64,000 nt of DNA from Bordetella parapertussis (GTDB taxonomy: Bacteria > Pseudomonadota > Gammaproteobacteria > Burkholderiales > SG8-41). The stretch covers positions 7,021 through 71,020 of the forward strand of contig CAMCYP010000005.1 of NCBI GenBank assembly GCA_945885345.1, given 5' to 3'. Shown here piece by piece: positions 25,490-35,354 of this stretch; position 1 is the first letter of the stretch; each line of letters begins with the position of its first letter. The position numbers and the translations under genes were made by a program. The notes beneath the pieces were generated by a model. It had not been told where the DNA came from. It saw only the letters and a program-made list of their open reading frames with translations, and ran no database searches.

Positions 25490-28093
25490 ATGCGCGGTCC
25501 GGTGATTGTCATCAGCATCGCCTGGCGCGTACTGATGCTGGTGGGGGCGCTGATGCTGGCGCAGCCAGCTGTTGCCCGAGAGGTGCGTGTTGGTGTCTAC
25601 GAGAACGAGCCAAAAATAGTTCTCGGTCAGGATGGTCAGCCATCAGGCATATTGGGAGATCTGCTGCAGGAAATTGCGCGCCGCGAAGGCTGGACCTTGC
25701 GAGCGGTGCCGTGCGAATGGCAGGCCTGTCTTGAGGCGCTGCGGTCTGGCGCCATCGATTTGATGCCGGATGTAGCGTACACCGAGGATCGCGACAAGGT
25801 TTTTGATTTTCACGCTGTGCCCGCCCTGTACAGCTGGTCCCAGATTTATCGTCATCCCCGGGAATCCATTGCCTCCATGCCTGAACTGCAGGGCAAGCGG
25901 GTTGCTGTGCTCGAAGGTTCGGTGCAGGAAAGTTATTTGAGGCAACTGCTGGCCGAGTTCGGGGTAAGTGCCACGCTGGTGCCGGTGCGGGATTTGAGTG
26001 AAGGTTTTGCGCAGGCCGGATCCCACACCGTTGACGCGGTGGTTGCGAACCACAGCTATGGTGACCTGCATGCGCTGCGCTACCATTTGGTACAAACCCC
26101 GATCATGTTTCAACCTGCGCGGCTGTTCTATGCGACTGGCAGCGGCAGGGAGGGGGAGCTGCTGGCGGTGATCGACAGGCACCTAAAATCCTGGCAGGAC
26201 GATACGAGTTCGGTCTATTTCGAGGTGTTGCGGCGCTGGGGGGCACCCCAGCAACAAGTGCGGGTGCCTGCCGCAGTCTGGTGGGGAGGTGCTGTCGTGG
26301 TGGCCCTGCTGTTGCTCGCCATGGCCGCTGCAGCGCTGTTGCGCCGTCAGGTGAACATCAGGACACACGATCTGCGTGCGAGCGAAGACCGTTTGGCGAC
26401 TATCCTCAACAGCGTTGACGCCTATATTTATATCAAGGACATAGGATTGCGCTACCAGTACGCCAATCGCAAGGTCTGCGAACTGTTCGGAAGACCGCAT
26501 GATCAGGTCACGGGCCATATCGACGGTGATTTTTTTGATGAGGCGACAGCGGCCCGCTTGCGGGAGAACGACCTTCGCGTCATTGAAGGCGGTGAGCGCA
26601 TAGTCGAGGAGGAGGTCAATAAACCCCGTGATGGCAGCGCAGAGCGCATCTTACTCTCTGTAAAATTGCCGCTGCGTGAGCTGGACGGCCGGATTTACGC
26701 GCTGTGCGGCATCTCTACGGATATTACCGAGCAGCGCCGGTTCGTTGAGGAAATCCACCAGCTTTCTTTTTATGATCACCTGACTCATTTACCCAACCGG
26801 CGGCAGTTTCTCGAGCGCTTGTCTGATGCGCTTCAAGCCTGCAAGCCCACGGTTGCCGAAGGTGCACCGCGCAATCAAGGCGCGTTGCTGCTGGTGAATC
26901 TGGATTACTTCAAGATGGTGAACGACGCGCTGGGTTACGACAAGGGGGACCTGCTGCTTCAGGAGATGGCCAAGCGGCTGTTGCAGCATGTACGGATTGC
27001 GGATTTTCTGGGCCGATTGGGCAGTGACGAGTTTGGATTGCTGGTTTCGGGCTTGGATGCGGATCCCCGTGCGGCAGCGCGCGAAGTCGAGTTGCGGGCC
27101 CGGCAGATTCTCTCCGACCTCAGCCAGCCCTATGAACTGGGGGAGCGCCGGCATCTCTGCACGGCGAGCATCGGTATTGCGATGCTTTCCGGCAGTGACG
27201 GCTCAGCCGAGGAAATTCTGCAGCGCGCCGATATGGCGAAGGAGCGTGCCAAAAGCGACGGCCGAAATTCGGTCCGGTTTTTCGACCCGTTGATGCAGGC
27301 ACAGATGCTGGCTCGTTCTGCGCTTGACGCCGATATGAGGCTTGCATTGCGCGAGGGCCAGTTCCTGTTGTATTACCAGCCGCAGGTCGACGATCAGGGG
27401 TTGTGGGTGGGCTGCGAAGCGCTGGTGCGCTGGAGGCATCCGCAACGCGGCATGGAGTCGCCGGCAGACTTCATCCCGGTTGCCGAAGACAGCGGTCTGA
27501 TCCTGCCCTTGGGAAGATGGATATTGGAGACCGCCTGCAGGCAACTGGTGGCATGGAGCAGCCAGCCTCAAACTTCAAAATGGTTTATTGCGGTGAACGT
27601 GAGTGCCTATCAGTTCCAGCACCCGGATTTCGTCAAGGAAGTGCTGGCAGTATTGGAAGAGACTGGTGCTGATCCGGGGTTGCTTGAACTGGAGTTGACC
27701 GAGAGCCAATTGGTTCAGAATTTCGAGGATGTGATTGCCAAGATGTCCGCGCTCAAGGATCGTGGTGTCCGTTTTTCTCTGGACGATTTTGGAACCGGGT
27801 ATTCATCGCTGCTTTTTCTCAAGCGACTTCCCCTGGACAAGCTGAAAATAGATCAGTCATTTATACGCGATTTGATGTTCGATGCCGACAGCGAGGCCAT
27901 TGTCAGCGCCGTCGTTGGACTCGGCAAGAGCCTGGAGCTGGATATCAGCGCGGAAGGGGTGGAGACGCAGGAGCAACGCGCAGCCTTGGCCGCGATCGGT
28001 TGCCATCTTTGCCAGGGATATCTTTTTGCCCGTCCGGCACCTGCAGAAGATATTGTGAAATTGCAGCCCGGTCCCGGGGCAGTCATCCAGTAA
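25490..28093 (+). CDS. membrane sensor: periplasmic solute-binding domain, TM, PAS, GGDEF (GSDEF variant), EAL
   Basis: Signal/TM at the N-terminus, SBP-type domain, second TM, then PAS. GGDEF region with RIAD I-site five residues before GSDEF. EAL domain with EALVRW and DDFGTGYSS. Start uncertain (25418 or 25490). Confidence 0.85.
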   Translation: MRGPVIVISIAWRVLMLVGALMLAQPAVAREVRVGVYENEPKIVLGQDGQPSGILGDLLQEIARREGWTLRAVPCEWQACLEALRSGAIDLMPDVAYTEDRDKVFDFHAVPALYSWSQIYRHPRESIASMPELQGKRVAVLEGSVQESYLRQLLAEFGVSATLVPVRDLSEGFAQAGSHTVDAVVANHSYGDLHALRYHLVQTPIMFQPARLFYATGSGREGELLAVIDRHLKSWQDDTSSVYFEVLRRWGAPQQQVRVPAAVWWGGAVVVALLLLAMAAAALLRRQVNIRTHDLRASEDRLATILNSVDAYIYIKDIGLRYQYANRKVCELFGRPHDQVTGHIDGDFFDEATAARLRENDLRVIEGGERIVEEEVNKPRDGSAERILLSVKLPLRELDGRIYALCGISTDITEQRRFVEEIHQLSFYDHLTHLPNRRQFLERLSDALQACKPTVAEGAPRNQGALLLVNLDYFKMVNDALGYDKGDLLLQEMAKRLLQHVRIADFLGRLGSDEFGLLVSGLDADPRAAAREVELRARQILSDLSQPYELGERRHLCTASIGIAMLSGSDGSAEEILQRADMAKERAKSDGRNSVRFFDPLMQAQMLARSALDADMRLALREGQFLLYYQPQVDDQGLWVGCEALVRWRHPQRGMESPADFIPVAEDSGLILPLGRWILETACRQLVAWSSQPQTSKWFIAVNVSAYQFQHPDFVKEVLAVLEETGADPGLLELELTESQLVQNFEDVIAKMSALKDRGVRFSLDDFGTGYSSLLFLKRLPLDKLKIDQSFIRDLMFDADSEAIVSAVVGLGKSLELDISAEGVETQEQRAALAAIGCHLCQGYLFARPAPAEDIVKLQPGPGAVIQ

Positions 28094-28094
28094 G

Positions 28095-28784
28095 GTGCGG
28101 TTCTTGCATAAGCGCATACTGTTGTTGGCGTTGCTGATGGCTGCGCTTTGTGCCTGCACCCCGCAGCAGGTGCTGCTCAATGCATTGATTCCGGATGGCA
28201 CGACCTCGATGCTGTTGTCGCACCTGCAGACCGTCGAGGACGGTAACCGCCGGCGCGTCATCGACCTGGAGCAGAAGGGGGACTGGGCCGGACTCAGCGG
28301 TTTTGCCGACACCAATATTGCCGCTGATCCTTTCAGCCCGGAGTGGCGGATGATCGGTGGTTATGCGCAGTTGCAGTTGCGCGATTATCCCAGAGCCATG
28401 GCGTATTTCAGCGAAATGATCCGGCTCGCGCCGGACGATGCCTCGGGGTATCACTTTCTTGCCGAGACACAGCGTGCCGCGGGGCAGCCGCAGCGGGCAG
28501 TGACCACGCTGGAGCGTGCTCTGTTGGTGGTGCGCGAGTCGCCGCTGACCCATCAATTGCTGGGAGAGGCGTACAGCGACATGGGGCGTTACCGGCCTGC
28601 CGCGGAATCCTATAACCGCGCGCTGGCGCTGGATCCGCTGCTGGTTGATGCCTGGTTCGGCATGGGGCGTGCGTCGTTGCAACTGGGGCGTACTGCGGAT
28701 GCGCGGGATGCGCTGAGCGAGCTGGAACGGCTGCATTCGCCGCGTGCTACGGAACTGCGTGCGTTGCTGGCGAAAGCAAAGTAA
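28095..28784 (+). CDS. TPR-repeat lipoprotein
   Basis: GTG start 1 nt after the preceding stop. Lipobox LCAC. Several TPR-like repeats (AEAYSDMGRYRPAAESYNRALALDP). Confidence 0.7.
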   Translation: MRFLHKRILLLALLMAALCACTPQQVLLNALIPDGTTSMLLSHLQTVEDGNRRRVIDLEQKGDWAGLSGFADTNIAADPFSPEWRMIGGYAQLQLRDYPRAMAYFSEMIRLAPDDASGYHFLAETQRAAGQPQRAVTTLERALLVVRESPLTHQLLGEAYSDMGRYRPAAESYNRALALDPLLVDAWFGMGRASLQLGRTADARDALSELERLHSPRATELRALLAKAK

Positions 28785-28810
28785 CGAGTTGGCAGGTTAT
28801 TAAAAAACGA

Positions 28811-28899
28811 CTCGTCACCCCGGCGAAAGCCGGGGCCCAGGAAACACATTCACATTAATCAACAACTTACTGGATGCCGGCTTTCGCCGGCATGACGAG
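28811..28899. repeat. REP-like inverted pair of hairpin modules
   Basis: Left arm CTCGTCACCCCGGCGAAAGCCGGGGCCCAG (28811-28840). The reverse complement of the right arm (28870-28899) is CTCGTCATGCCGGCGAAAGCCGGCATCCAG. Each arm is itself a hairpin with compensatory changes. Confidence 0.85.
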
Positions 28900-28932
28900 G
28901 TTGTTATTGCCGCGACGAATTTCAACATCCGA

Positions 28933-30696
28933 TCAGCGCGGCGGGATCACCGGCAGCAGCAGGGCGGATGATTGCTCCGGTCCGGTGTGCAGTGTGACCT
29001 TGCCGCCGAAGATCGCAGACGGCCGATCCATCTCATCATCGTGTTCGAACGGACCGCAGCCGCGCATCGGATGTTTCATGTTCGACAGCGTGGTTGCCGC
29101 GCCATCCCAGACATAGTCCCTGCCGCGGATGGTCAGTGCGACACGATAATCTTTTGGTACGACGATGCAGGTCGGCCAGATCTCGATATCCAGTGCATAC
29201 GCGGTGCCCGGCGTCAGCAATTGCTTTTCATCGTGGGTATGCCAGGGTCGGTACGGCAGGGAACGCGCCACATCCAGTTTGCGGTGCGAGGCGCGTAGCC
29301 AGCCCTGGCTGACGGGGGTGTGCGGGTCGAGCGCACCCTGGAATACGACTTCCTTGTCCTGGGGATCGAATACCCGCAGCACCACAAACAGGTCGGCATC
29401 GACGGTTGAAGAAGAAACAAACAGTCGCAGTGCCGACGGCCCGGTGATTTCCGTGTCTTCGGTCAACGGTGGCGTGCTGAAAGTGAGGCCTTCGCCCATG
29501 GCATCGTAGCTCAGGGTTTGATCGGTGGTGACCGGCGTTGGCGACAATGTCATGTCGCGCGGATCAAGGTACAGGTTCGTCCAGCGTGTGCGTGCCAGCG
29601 GCCATTCCTGTTCGTGACGTTCGACAAAGCGTTCTTTGCCGTTCTGTGGCGCATGGCGTAGCTGCAGCAGCACGCGCGGCTGTTGCGCCCAGCCGGTTTT
29701 CTCGCCCTTGAGGAAATGACCGAAGAATTTTTTCTGCAGACCGACGCCGTAGTCGGTGTAGAACGGCGCCCAGTGCGAGCCACCATGCACTTCCAGCCAT
29801 TTGTCGCGCGATGCGGCGCGCAGGAAACCCTCGAAATTGCCGCGGGAATGCAGGCCGAGGCCGCCCCAGTTGGCGGCTGACAGCAGCGGCACTTTGACTT
29901 TGCTCAGGTCCGGTGTGCGTTCGCGGTAGTACTCGTCTTCCATTTCCCGCGCCGAAATTTGCTGCCACATGTTTTCGCGGTTGGCGACGAGTTCGGCCTC
30001 ATCCAGGGTTTCCGGGCCGCAGACCAGTTCGCCGGTGATGGGATTGCGTGCGCCGCGTTCGCCGACGCCGTGCTGCACGGTCTTGACCTGCATATCCTGC
30101 CAGTTTTTGCGGAAGACACAGACGATGCCGCCGTGGCGGTTACCGTCGCGGTAAGAGTCCGACCAGCCTTCCCACACGCAGATCGCGGCGAGGTGCGGCG
30201 GTTGCGCAGCTGCGGCCCGCCACTGGTTGGAAGCGTAATAGGAAATGCCGTTCAGCCCCACCTTGCCGTTGCACCAGGGTTGCGCTGCGGCCCATTCGAT
30301 GCAGTGGTAAATATCCTGCGTTTCGCGCTGGTTGTTGTGGCAGAGGAAACCAGGTGAACGACCGGCACCGCGCGAATCGACGCGGATCACCACATAACCG
30401 TCGGGCACCCATTTTTCCGGATCGACGACTTCCCAGTTGGCGTAGCGGTTGCTGGTGTTGGCGACGGCGTCCGGGTTGTCGCGGCACATGATCTCCCAGG
30501 CAGTTTTGTAACCGTCCTGGAAGGCGAGACCTTTGCCGTAGGGGCCGTAGGACAGCAGCACAGGATAACGGCCCGGTGTCACTGGCAGGAACACGTCGGC
30601 GCGCAGCACCAGGCCGTCGTCCATGGTGACGGGTACATCCCAGGCGATGCGCATGCCATCGCGTAATTCTGTTTTTAAATTCTGCGTCACGTGCAC
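28933..30696 (-). CDS. CocE/NonD family (X-Pro dipeptidyl-peptidase S15-like) hydrolase
   Basis: 587 aa. N-terminal alpha/beta fold (PVLLSYGPYGK, VRVDSRGAGRSPG) and a C-terminal jelly-roll-like region. Confidence 0.8.
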   Translation of the reverse strand: MHVTQNLKTELRDGMRIAWDVPVTMDDGLVLRADVFLPVTPGRYPVLLSYGPYGKGLAFQDGYKTAWEIMCRDNPDAVANTSNRYANWEVVDPEKWVPDGYVVIRVDSRGAGRSPGFLCHNNQRETQDIYHCIEWAAAQPWCNGKVGLNGISYYASNQWRAAAAQPPHLAAICVWEGWSDSYRDGNRHGGIVCVFRKNWQDMQVKTVQHGVGERGARNPITGELVCGPETLDEAELVANRENMWQQISAREMEDEYYRERTPDLSKVKVPLLSAANWGGLGLHSRGNFEGFLRAASRDKWLEVHGGSHWAPFYTDYGVGLQKKFFGHFLKGEKTGWAQQPRVLLQLRHAPQNGKERFVERHEQEWPLARTRWTNLYLDPRDMTLSPTPVTTDQTLSYDAMGEGLTFSTPPLTEDTEITGPSALRLFVSSSTVDADLFVVLRVFDPQDKEVVFQGALDPHTPVSQGWLRASHRKLDVARSLPYRPWHTHDEKQLLTPGTAYALDIEIWPTCIVVPKDYRVALTIRGRDYVWDGAATTLSNMKHPMRGCGPFEHDDEMDRPSAIFGGKVTLHTGPEQSSALLLPVIPPR

Positions 30697-30742
30697 CCCC
30701 TCCGGGAACGTATGCGGAAAATAAGCAGCAGATGACCGGCAA

Positions 30743-31543
30743 TCAGGCTTTTTTCAGTGCCGGCGTCAGATGCGGTGCGAGCAGCGGCAGCAGTTGCGCA
30801 AACACTTTCGGTGCGCCGGCGACGATGTTGCCACTCTCAAGATAATGGTCGTTGCCCTGCAGGTCGCCGACCAGGCCGCCTGCTTCGGTAATCAGCAAGG
30901 CACCGGCGGCGATGTCCCACTTGCTCAAACCGATTTCCCAGAAAGCGTCGAGGCGTCCTGCTGCCACGTAGGCGAGGTCCAGTGATGCGGCGCCGGGACG
31001 GCGGATACCGGCGGTATTCTTGATTACGTCGCGCATCATGCCGAGGTAGGCCTCGAGATGATCGAGCTGGCGGTACGGGAAACCGGTGCCGATCAGACAG
31101 GGTTTCAGGTGGTCGCGTTTGCTGACGCGCAGCCGCGATTCGTTGAGAAAGGCGCCGCGACCGCGGGTTGCCGTGAACAGGTCGTTGCGCACCGGGTCGT
31201 AAACCACGGACTGGGTGATGATGCCCTTCTGCGCCAGCGCGATCGATACCGCGTATTGCGGAAAGCCGTGCAGGAAATTGGTGGTGCCGTCGAGCGGATC
31301 GATGATCCACTGGAATTCGGAGTTGCCGGAGGCGCCGGACTCCTCTGCTAAAATCGAGTGCGTCGGATAGGCTTCGCGTAGCGTACGGATGATCGCCTGT
31401 TCGGCTTCACGGTCCACTTCCGAGACAAAATCATTCGCGGCTTTTTCCCTGACGGCAATCACATCCAGGTTGCGTCCGGCGCGGTTGATGATGCCGCCGG
31501 CGCGGCGCGCGGCTTTGACCGCAATAGTGAGCATGGGATGCAT
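30743..31543 (-). CDS. suhB: inositol monophosphatase family protein SuhB
   Basis: [16 protein letters not shown] as in E. coli SuhB; [15 protein letters not shown] motifs. Divergent from trmJ. Confidence 0.92.
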   Translation of the reverse strand: MHPMLTIAVKAARRAGGIINRAGRNLDVIAVREKAANDFVSEVDREAEQAIIRTLREAYPTHSILAEESGASGNSEFQWIIDPLDGTTNFLHGFPQYAVSIALAQKGIITQSVVYDPVRNDLFTATRGRGAFLNESRLRVSKRDHLKPCLIGTGFPYRQLDHLEAYLGMMRDVIKNTAGIRRPGAASLDLAYVAAGRLDAFWEIGLSKWDIAAGALLITEAGGLVGDLQGNDHYLESGNIVAGAPKVFAQLLPLLAPHLTPALKKA

Positions 31544-31654
31544 GATGGTCAGCGATTTAAAGTGGACAGTGATCAGTAAAGAGCGGAATAAACAGCAGTC
31601 TGATGCAGATCGAGGAATATTTTCCAGGGCCGGCATGACCGGACGGTATTTTAC

Positions 31655-32395
31655 GTGAACACCACAGACCCGCTCAAAAATATTCGCATCGTGCTGTGCG
31701 GCACGGCGCATCCCGGCAACATCGGCTCCGCTGCGCGTGCAATGCGTACCATGGGCATCACCGACCTCGCGCTGGTGAATCCGCAGCGCTATCCCGATCC
31801 GCAGGCGGTGTGGATGGCGGCCGGTGCCACCGACGTGCTGGAGGCCGCACGCATCTGCAGCAGTCTTGGTGAGGCATTGACCGGCGTGGCATTGGCGGTG
31901 GCCTGTTCGGCGCGGCGGCGCGATGTCGCGGTGCCGATGGTCGATGCGCGCGCCGCAGCGGCGGAGGCAGTGGCGATTGCGCAGGAACGTCCGGTGGCGC
32001 TGGTGTTCGGCAACGAGACTTCCGGGCTCAGCAATGACGAGGTCGGGGCCTGCGGTTTGCTGGCGAGCATTCCGGTGACAGCAGATTTTTCATCGCTGAA
32101 CGTGGCGGCTGCCGTGCAGGTGTTCTGTTATGAACTGCGCATGGCCTGCGGCGTGGCACTGCTGCCGGACAAGGCGCAGGAACTGGCGACGCACGAAGAA
32201 GTGGAAGCGTTTTACGCTCACCTTGAGCGCACCATCACCGCAACCGGTTTTCTCAATCCCGCGCACCCGCGCAAGCTGATGTATCGCTTGCGCCGCATGT
32301 TTGCCCGCACCCGCCTGCAGGTGGAGGAGGTCAACATCCTGCGCGGCATCCTCAGCAGCCTGATCACGCGCAAGGGGCCGCGCAAGTACGACTGA
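31655..32395 (+). CDS. trmJ: tRNA (cytidine/uridine-2'-O)-methyltransferase TrmJ (SpoU family)
   Basis: 246 aa, GTG start. [36 protein letters not shown] motifs. Synteny suhB<>trmJ-iscR. Confidence 0.85.
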   Translation: MNTTDPLKNIRIVLCGTAHPGNIGSAARAMRTMGITDLALVNPQRYPDPQAVWMAAGATDVLEAARICSSLGEALTGVALAVACSARRRDVAVPMVDARAAAAEAVAIAQERPVALVFGNETSGLSNDEVGACGLLASIPVTADFSSLNVAAAVQVFCYELRMACGVALLPDKAQELATHEEVEAFYAHLERTITATGFLNPAHPRKLMYRLRRMFARTRLQVEEVNILRGILSSLITRKGPRKYD

Positions 32396-32493
32396 TCACC
32401 ATAATCCATTGTTTTTATTGAATTATTCAATTCCCCCTTATTCTTGATTAAAATAGTGGGTCATCATGGCCGCTAATCCCTCAGGCAACGCAA

Positions 32494-33216
32494 ATGTTTG
32501 AACGCATCCAGGAAGAAATCGCCGTCGTTTTTGATCGCGACCCCGCGGCGCGCAGCACCTGGGAAGTGGTGACCTGTTATCCGGGGTTCCACGCCATGCT
32601 GGCGCATCGTCTGTCGCACGGCTTGTGGGGCTACGGCTTCAAATGGCTGGGACGCTGGATTGCGTACGGCGCGCGCTGGCTGACCGGCATCGAAATTCAT
32701 CCCGGCGCCACTATCGGCCGGCGCTTTTTCATCGATCATGGCATGGGCGTGGTCATCGGTGAGACCGCCGAGATCGGTGACGATTGCACGCTGTACCACG
32801 GTGTCACGCTGGGTGGCACCACCTGGAACAAGGGTAAGCGCCACCCGACGCTGAAAAACGGCGTGGTCATCGGCGCCGGTGCCAAGGTGCTCGGCCCGAT
32901 CACCATCGGCGTGAACGCCAAGATCGGCTCCAATGCCGTGGTGGTGAAGGATGTGCCGGACGGTGCAACCGCCATTGGCATTCCGGCGCGACTGGTGGAA
33001 AGCCAGGAAACCGATGGTCGTTTCGCCGCCTATGCGGTGGGGCGTGATGCCAATGACCCTGTTGCCAAGGCGATGCATGCGCTGATTGACCACAGTGTTG
33101 ATACCGACAAGCGCATCGCCCAGATCCTTGCCGAGCTGAAACGGCTGGGGCTGCAAGTCGAGTGCGCGGATACCGAAAACTTCGACGCCGGGAAGCTGAA
33201 CCGGATTGTTGATTGA
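32494..33216 (+). CDS. cysE: serine O-acetyltransferase
   Basis: 240 aa. [20 protein letters not shown]-terminal SATase helix region, then hexapeptide repeats ([15 protein letters not shown]). Confidence 0.88.
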   Translation: MFERIQEEIAVVFDRDPAARSTWEVVTCYPGFHAMLAHRLSHGLWGYGFKWLGRWIAYGARWLTGIEIHPGATIGRRFFIDHGMGVVIGETAEIGDDCTLYHGVTLGGTTWNKGKRHPTLKNGVVIGAGAKVLGPITIGVNAKIGSNAVVVKDVPDGATAIGIPARLVESQETDGRFAAYAVGRDANDPVAKAMHALIDHSVDTDKRIAQILAELKRLGLQVECADTENFDAGKLNRIVD

Positions 33217-33335
33217 ATTACTCGGGTAAGGTATACTTGAGCGACTTTGAAGGTTTATCGACGGATTTGTAAATTCGCTGGATGTATTTACATAAATCAT
33301 TGTTTTTAAATGATTTTTTAGCTTAGAGGTGGGAC

Positions 33336-33812
33336 ATGAGACTGACGACCAAAGGCCGGTTTGCGGTAACCGCGATTGTGGATCTGGGCATGCGCCATGG
33401 CAGCGGCCCGGTCACGCTGGCGGAAATCAGCAGGCGGCAGAAAATTTCGCTGTCGTACCTGGAGCAGCTGTTCGGCAAGTTGCGCCGGCGCGGCATCGTT
33501 GATTCGGTGCGCGGTCCTGGTGGCGGTTATTGCCTTGCCCGCGACATGGCGCAACTGACCGTCGCTGAAATCATTCTTGCCGTGGATGAACCGATCGATG
33601 CCACGCAATGCGCCGGCAAGGAAAACTGCAAGGACGAAGAAAAATGCCTGACCCACGACCTGTGGGCCAATTTGAACGAACGCATTTTTGATTACCTCGG
33701 TTCGGTCACGCTGCGCCACCTGGTGGAAAACCAGCGCGCCAAGGAAGCGGGCATTACGCCGATGCATGACATGCGCCTGGTGTCGCGCAAGCGTGATCCG
33801 GCGACGGTCTGA
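33336..33812 (+). CDS. iscR: Rrf2-family Fe-S regulator IscR
   Basis: MRLTTKGRFAVTAIVDL wHTH. Cluster ligand pattern C-X5-C-X5-C-X2-H (CAGKENCKDEEKCLTH). Confidence 0.9.
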   Translation: MRLTTKGRFAVTAIVDLGMRHGSGPVTLAEISRRQKISLSYLEQLFGKLRRRGIVDSVRGPGGGYCLARDMAQLTVAEIILAVDEPIDATQCAGKENCKDEEKCLTHDLWANLNERIFDYLGSVTLRHLVENQRAKEAGITPMHDMRLVSRKRDPATV

Positions 33813-33830
33813 CCGGATACGGATACTGCA

Positions 33831-34976
33831 GTGGACCACATCTACTTCGACCATAACGCCACCACACCGCTCGATGAGCGCGTGCTGGCCGCCATGCTGC
33901 CGTATCTGCAGGCGCAGCATGGCAATGCGTCAAGCCGCCATGAATTCGGCACGGTCGCGCGCAAGGCCGTGGACGACGCGCGCGAGCAGGTCGCGGTGCT
34001 GGTGGGCGTGCAGCCGGTGCAGGTGATTTTCACCAGCGGCGGTACTGAAGCGAACAACTTGTTGATCAAGGGCGCCGCCGGGTATCTGAAACCAGCGCAG
34101 GTCGCTGTCAGCGCCATCGAGCATCCCTGCGTGGCAAAGCCGGCGCAGGAACTGACGCGCCAGGGCTGGACGCTGCGCAAGCTGGCAGTCACGCGGCAGG
34201 GTGCGATTGACCTTGCGGATGTTGATGCCGCACTGACGACACCCACCGGTATTGTTTCAGTGATGCTGGCCAATAACGAAACCGGCGTGATCCAGGACGT
34301 TGCCGCAGTGGGCGAACGCGCGCGACGCGCGAAGGCCGTCATGCATACCGATGCGGTGCAGGCGCTGGGCAAGATTGCGGTGGACTTCAATGCACTGAAT
34401 GTCAGTGCGATGACAATCTCGGCGCACAAGATTTACGGGCCCAAGGGTGCGGGTGCGCTGGTTGTCGACAAGCGCCTGGAGCTGCGGCCGCTGTTGTCCG
34501 GTGGCGGGCACGAACGCGGAATGCGCTCGGGTACTGAAAATGTGCCGGCGATTGTCGGTTTCGGCGCGGCCTGTGAACTGGCCGCCGGGCGCATGAGTGA
34601 TTTGAATAAACATGTGCAGGCACTGCGTGAGCGTCTGGAGCGCGGCCTGACGGGCATGGGTGCAGTTATTTTCGGTGCCGCTGCGATGCGCGTGCCGAAC
34701 ACCAGTTATTTCGCATTGCAGGGCATCGACGGTGAAGCGCTGGTGATCGAACTCGACAAGGCCGGATACGCGGTGGCGGCAGGCGCGGCCTGCTCCAGCA
34801 CCAGTTCAGAACCGTCGGCAACCCTGCTGGCGATGGGCGTGGTGCCGGCAGTGGCGCGGGGCGCAGTGCGGTTTTCGCTGGGAGCGGGAAACACCGCAGA
34901 ACAGGTGGACGGATTTTTGACGGCGCTGGCAGCGGTTGCGCAGCGCCTGCGGCAGATGACTGCTGTTGCAGTGTGA
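33831..34976 (+). CDS. class I (NifS/IscS-like) cysteine desulfurase
   Basis: 381 aa, GTG start. PLP-Lys context SAHKIYGPKG, catalytic Cys loop AAGAACSS. Confidence 0.88.
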   Translation: MDHIYFDHNATTPLDERVLAAMLPYLQAQHGNASSRHEFGTVARKAVDDAREQVAVLVGVQPVQVIFTSGGTEANNLLIKGAAGYLKPAQVAVSAIEHPCVAKPAQELTRQGWTLRKLAVTRQGAIDLADVDAALTTPTGIVSVMLANNETGVIQDVAAVGERARRAKAVMHTDAVQALGKIAVDFNALNVSAMTISAHKIYGPKGAGALVVDKRLELRPLLSGGGHERGMRSGTENVPAIVGFGAACELAAGRMSDLNKHVQALRERLERGLTGMGAVIFGAAAMRVPNTSYFALQGIDGEALVIELDKAGYAVAAGAACSSTSSEPSATLLAMGVVPAVARGAVRFSLGAGNTAEQVDGFLTALAAVAQRLRQMTAVAV

Positions 34977-34994
34977 ATGTGAAGGAGCAATGAC

Positions 34995-35330
34995 ATGGCA
35001 ATTTTACTGACTGAAAACGCGGCACAGCAGATCAAGAGCCAGCTGGCGAAACGCGGCAAGGGGCTGGGCCTGCGCGTGGGCGTGAAGAAAAACGGCTGCT
35101 CGGGCTGGGCTTACACCTATGACTATGCCGATGCGGTGAAGTCTGAAGACCAGGTCTTCGAGGCGCACGACACGAAGCTGGTGGTTGATGGCGAAAGCCT
35201 GGAATTTCTCGACGGCTCGACGCTGGATTTCGTCAAGGACGGGCTGAAACAGGTGTTCAAGTTCAGCAATCCCAATGTCGACGCCACCTGCGGCTGCGGC
35301 GAGAGTTTCAGCGTCAAAGCCGAAACCTGA
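34995..35330 (+). CDS. sufA: A-type Fe-S cluster carrier (IscA/SufA/HesB family)
   Basis: 111 aa. Cys ligands NGCSG ... CGCGESF. Confidence 0.8.
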   Translation: MAILLTENAAQQIKSQLAKRGKGLGLRVGVKKNGCSGWAYTYDYADAVKSEDQVFEAHDTKLVVDGESLEFLDGSTLDFVKDGLKQVFKFSNPNVDATCGCGESFSVKAET

Positions 35331-35354
35331 AACAGGAATACAAGCCAAAAGCCT

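Noticed and set aside
33217-33335. Possible IscR type-1 box or Fur box upstream of iscR (ATACTTGAGCGACTTTGAAGG and the AATCATT-gttttta-AATGATT palindrome).
   Set aside because: The matches to the consensus sequences I can recall are weak. The palindrome shares the recurrent ATTGTTTTTA core found at unrelated sites. I cannot support a specific regulator call without a matrix search.
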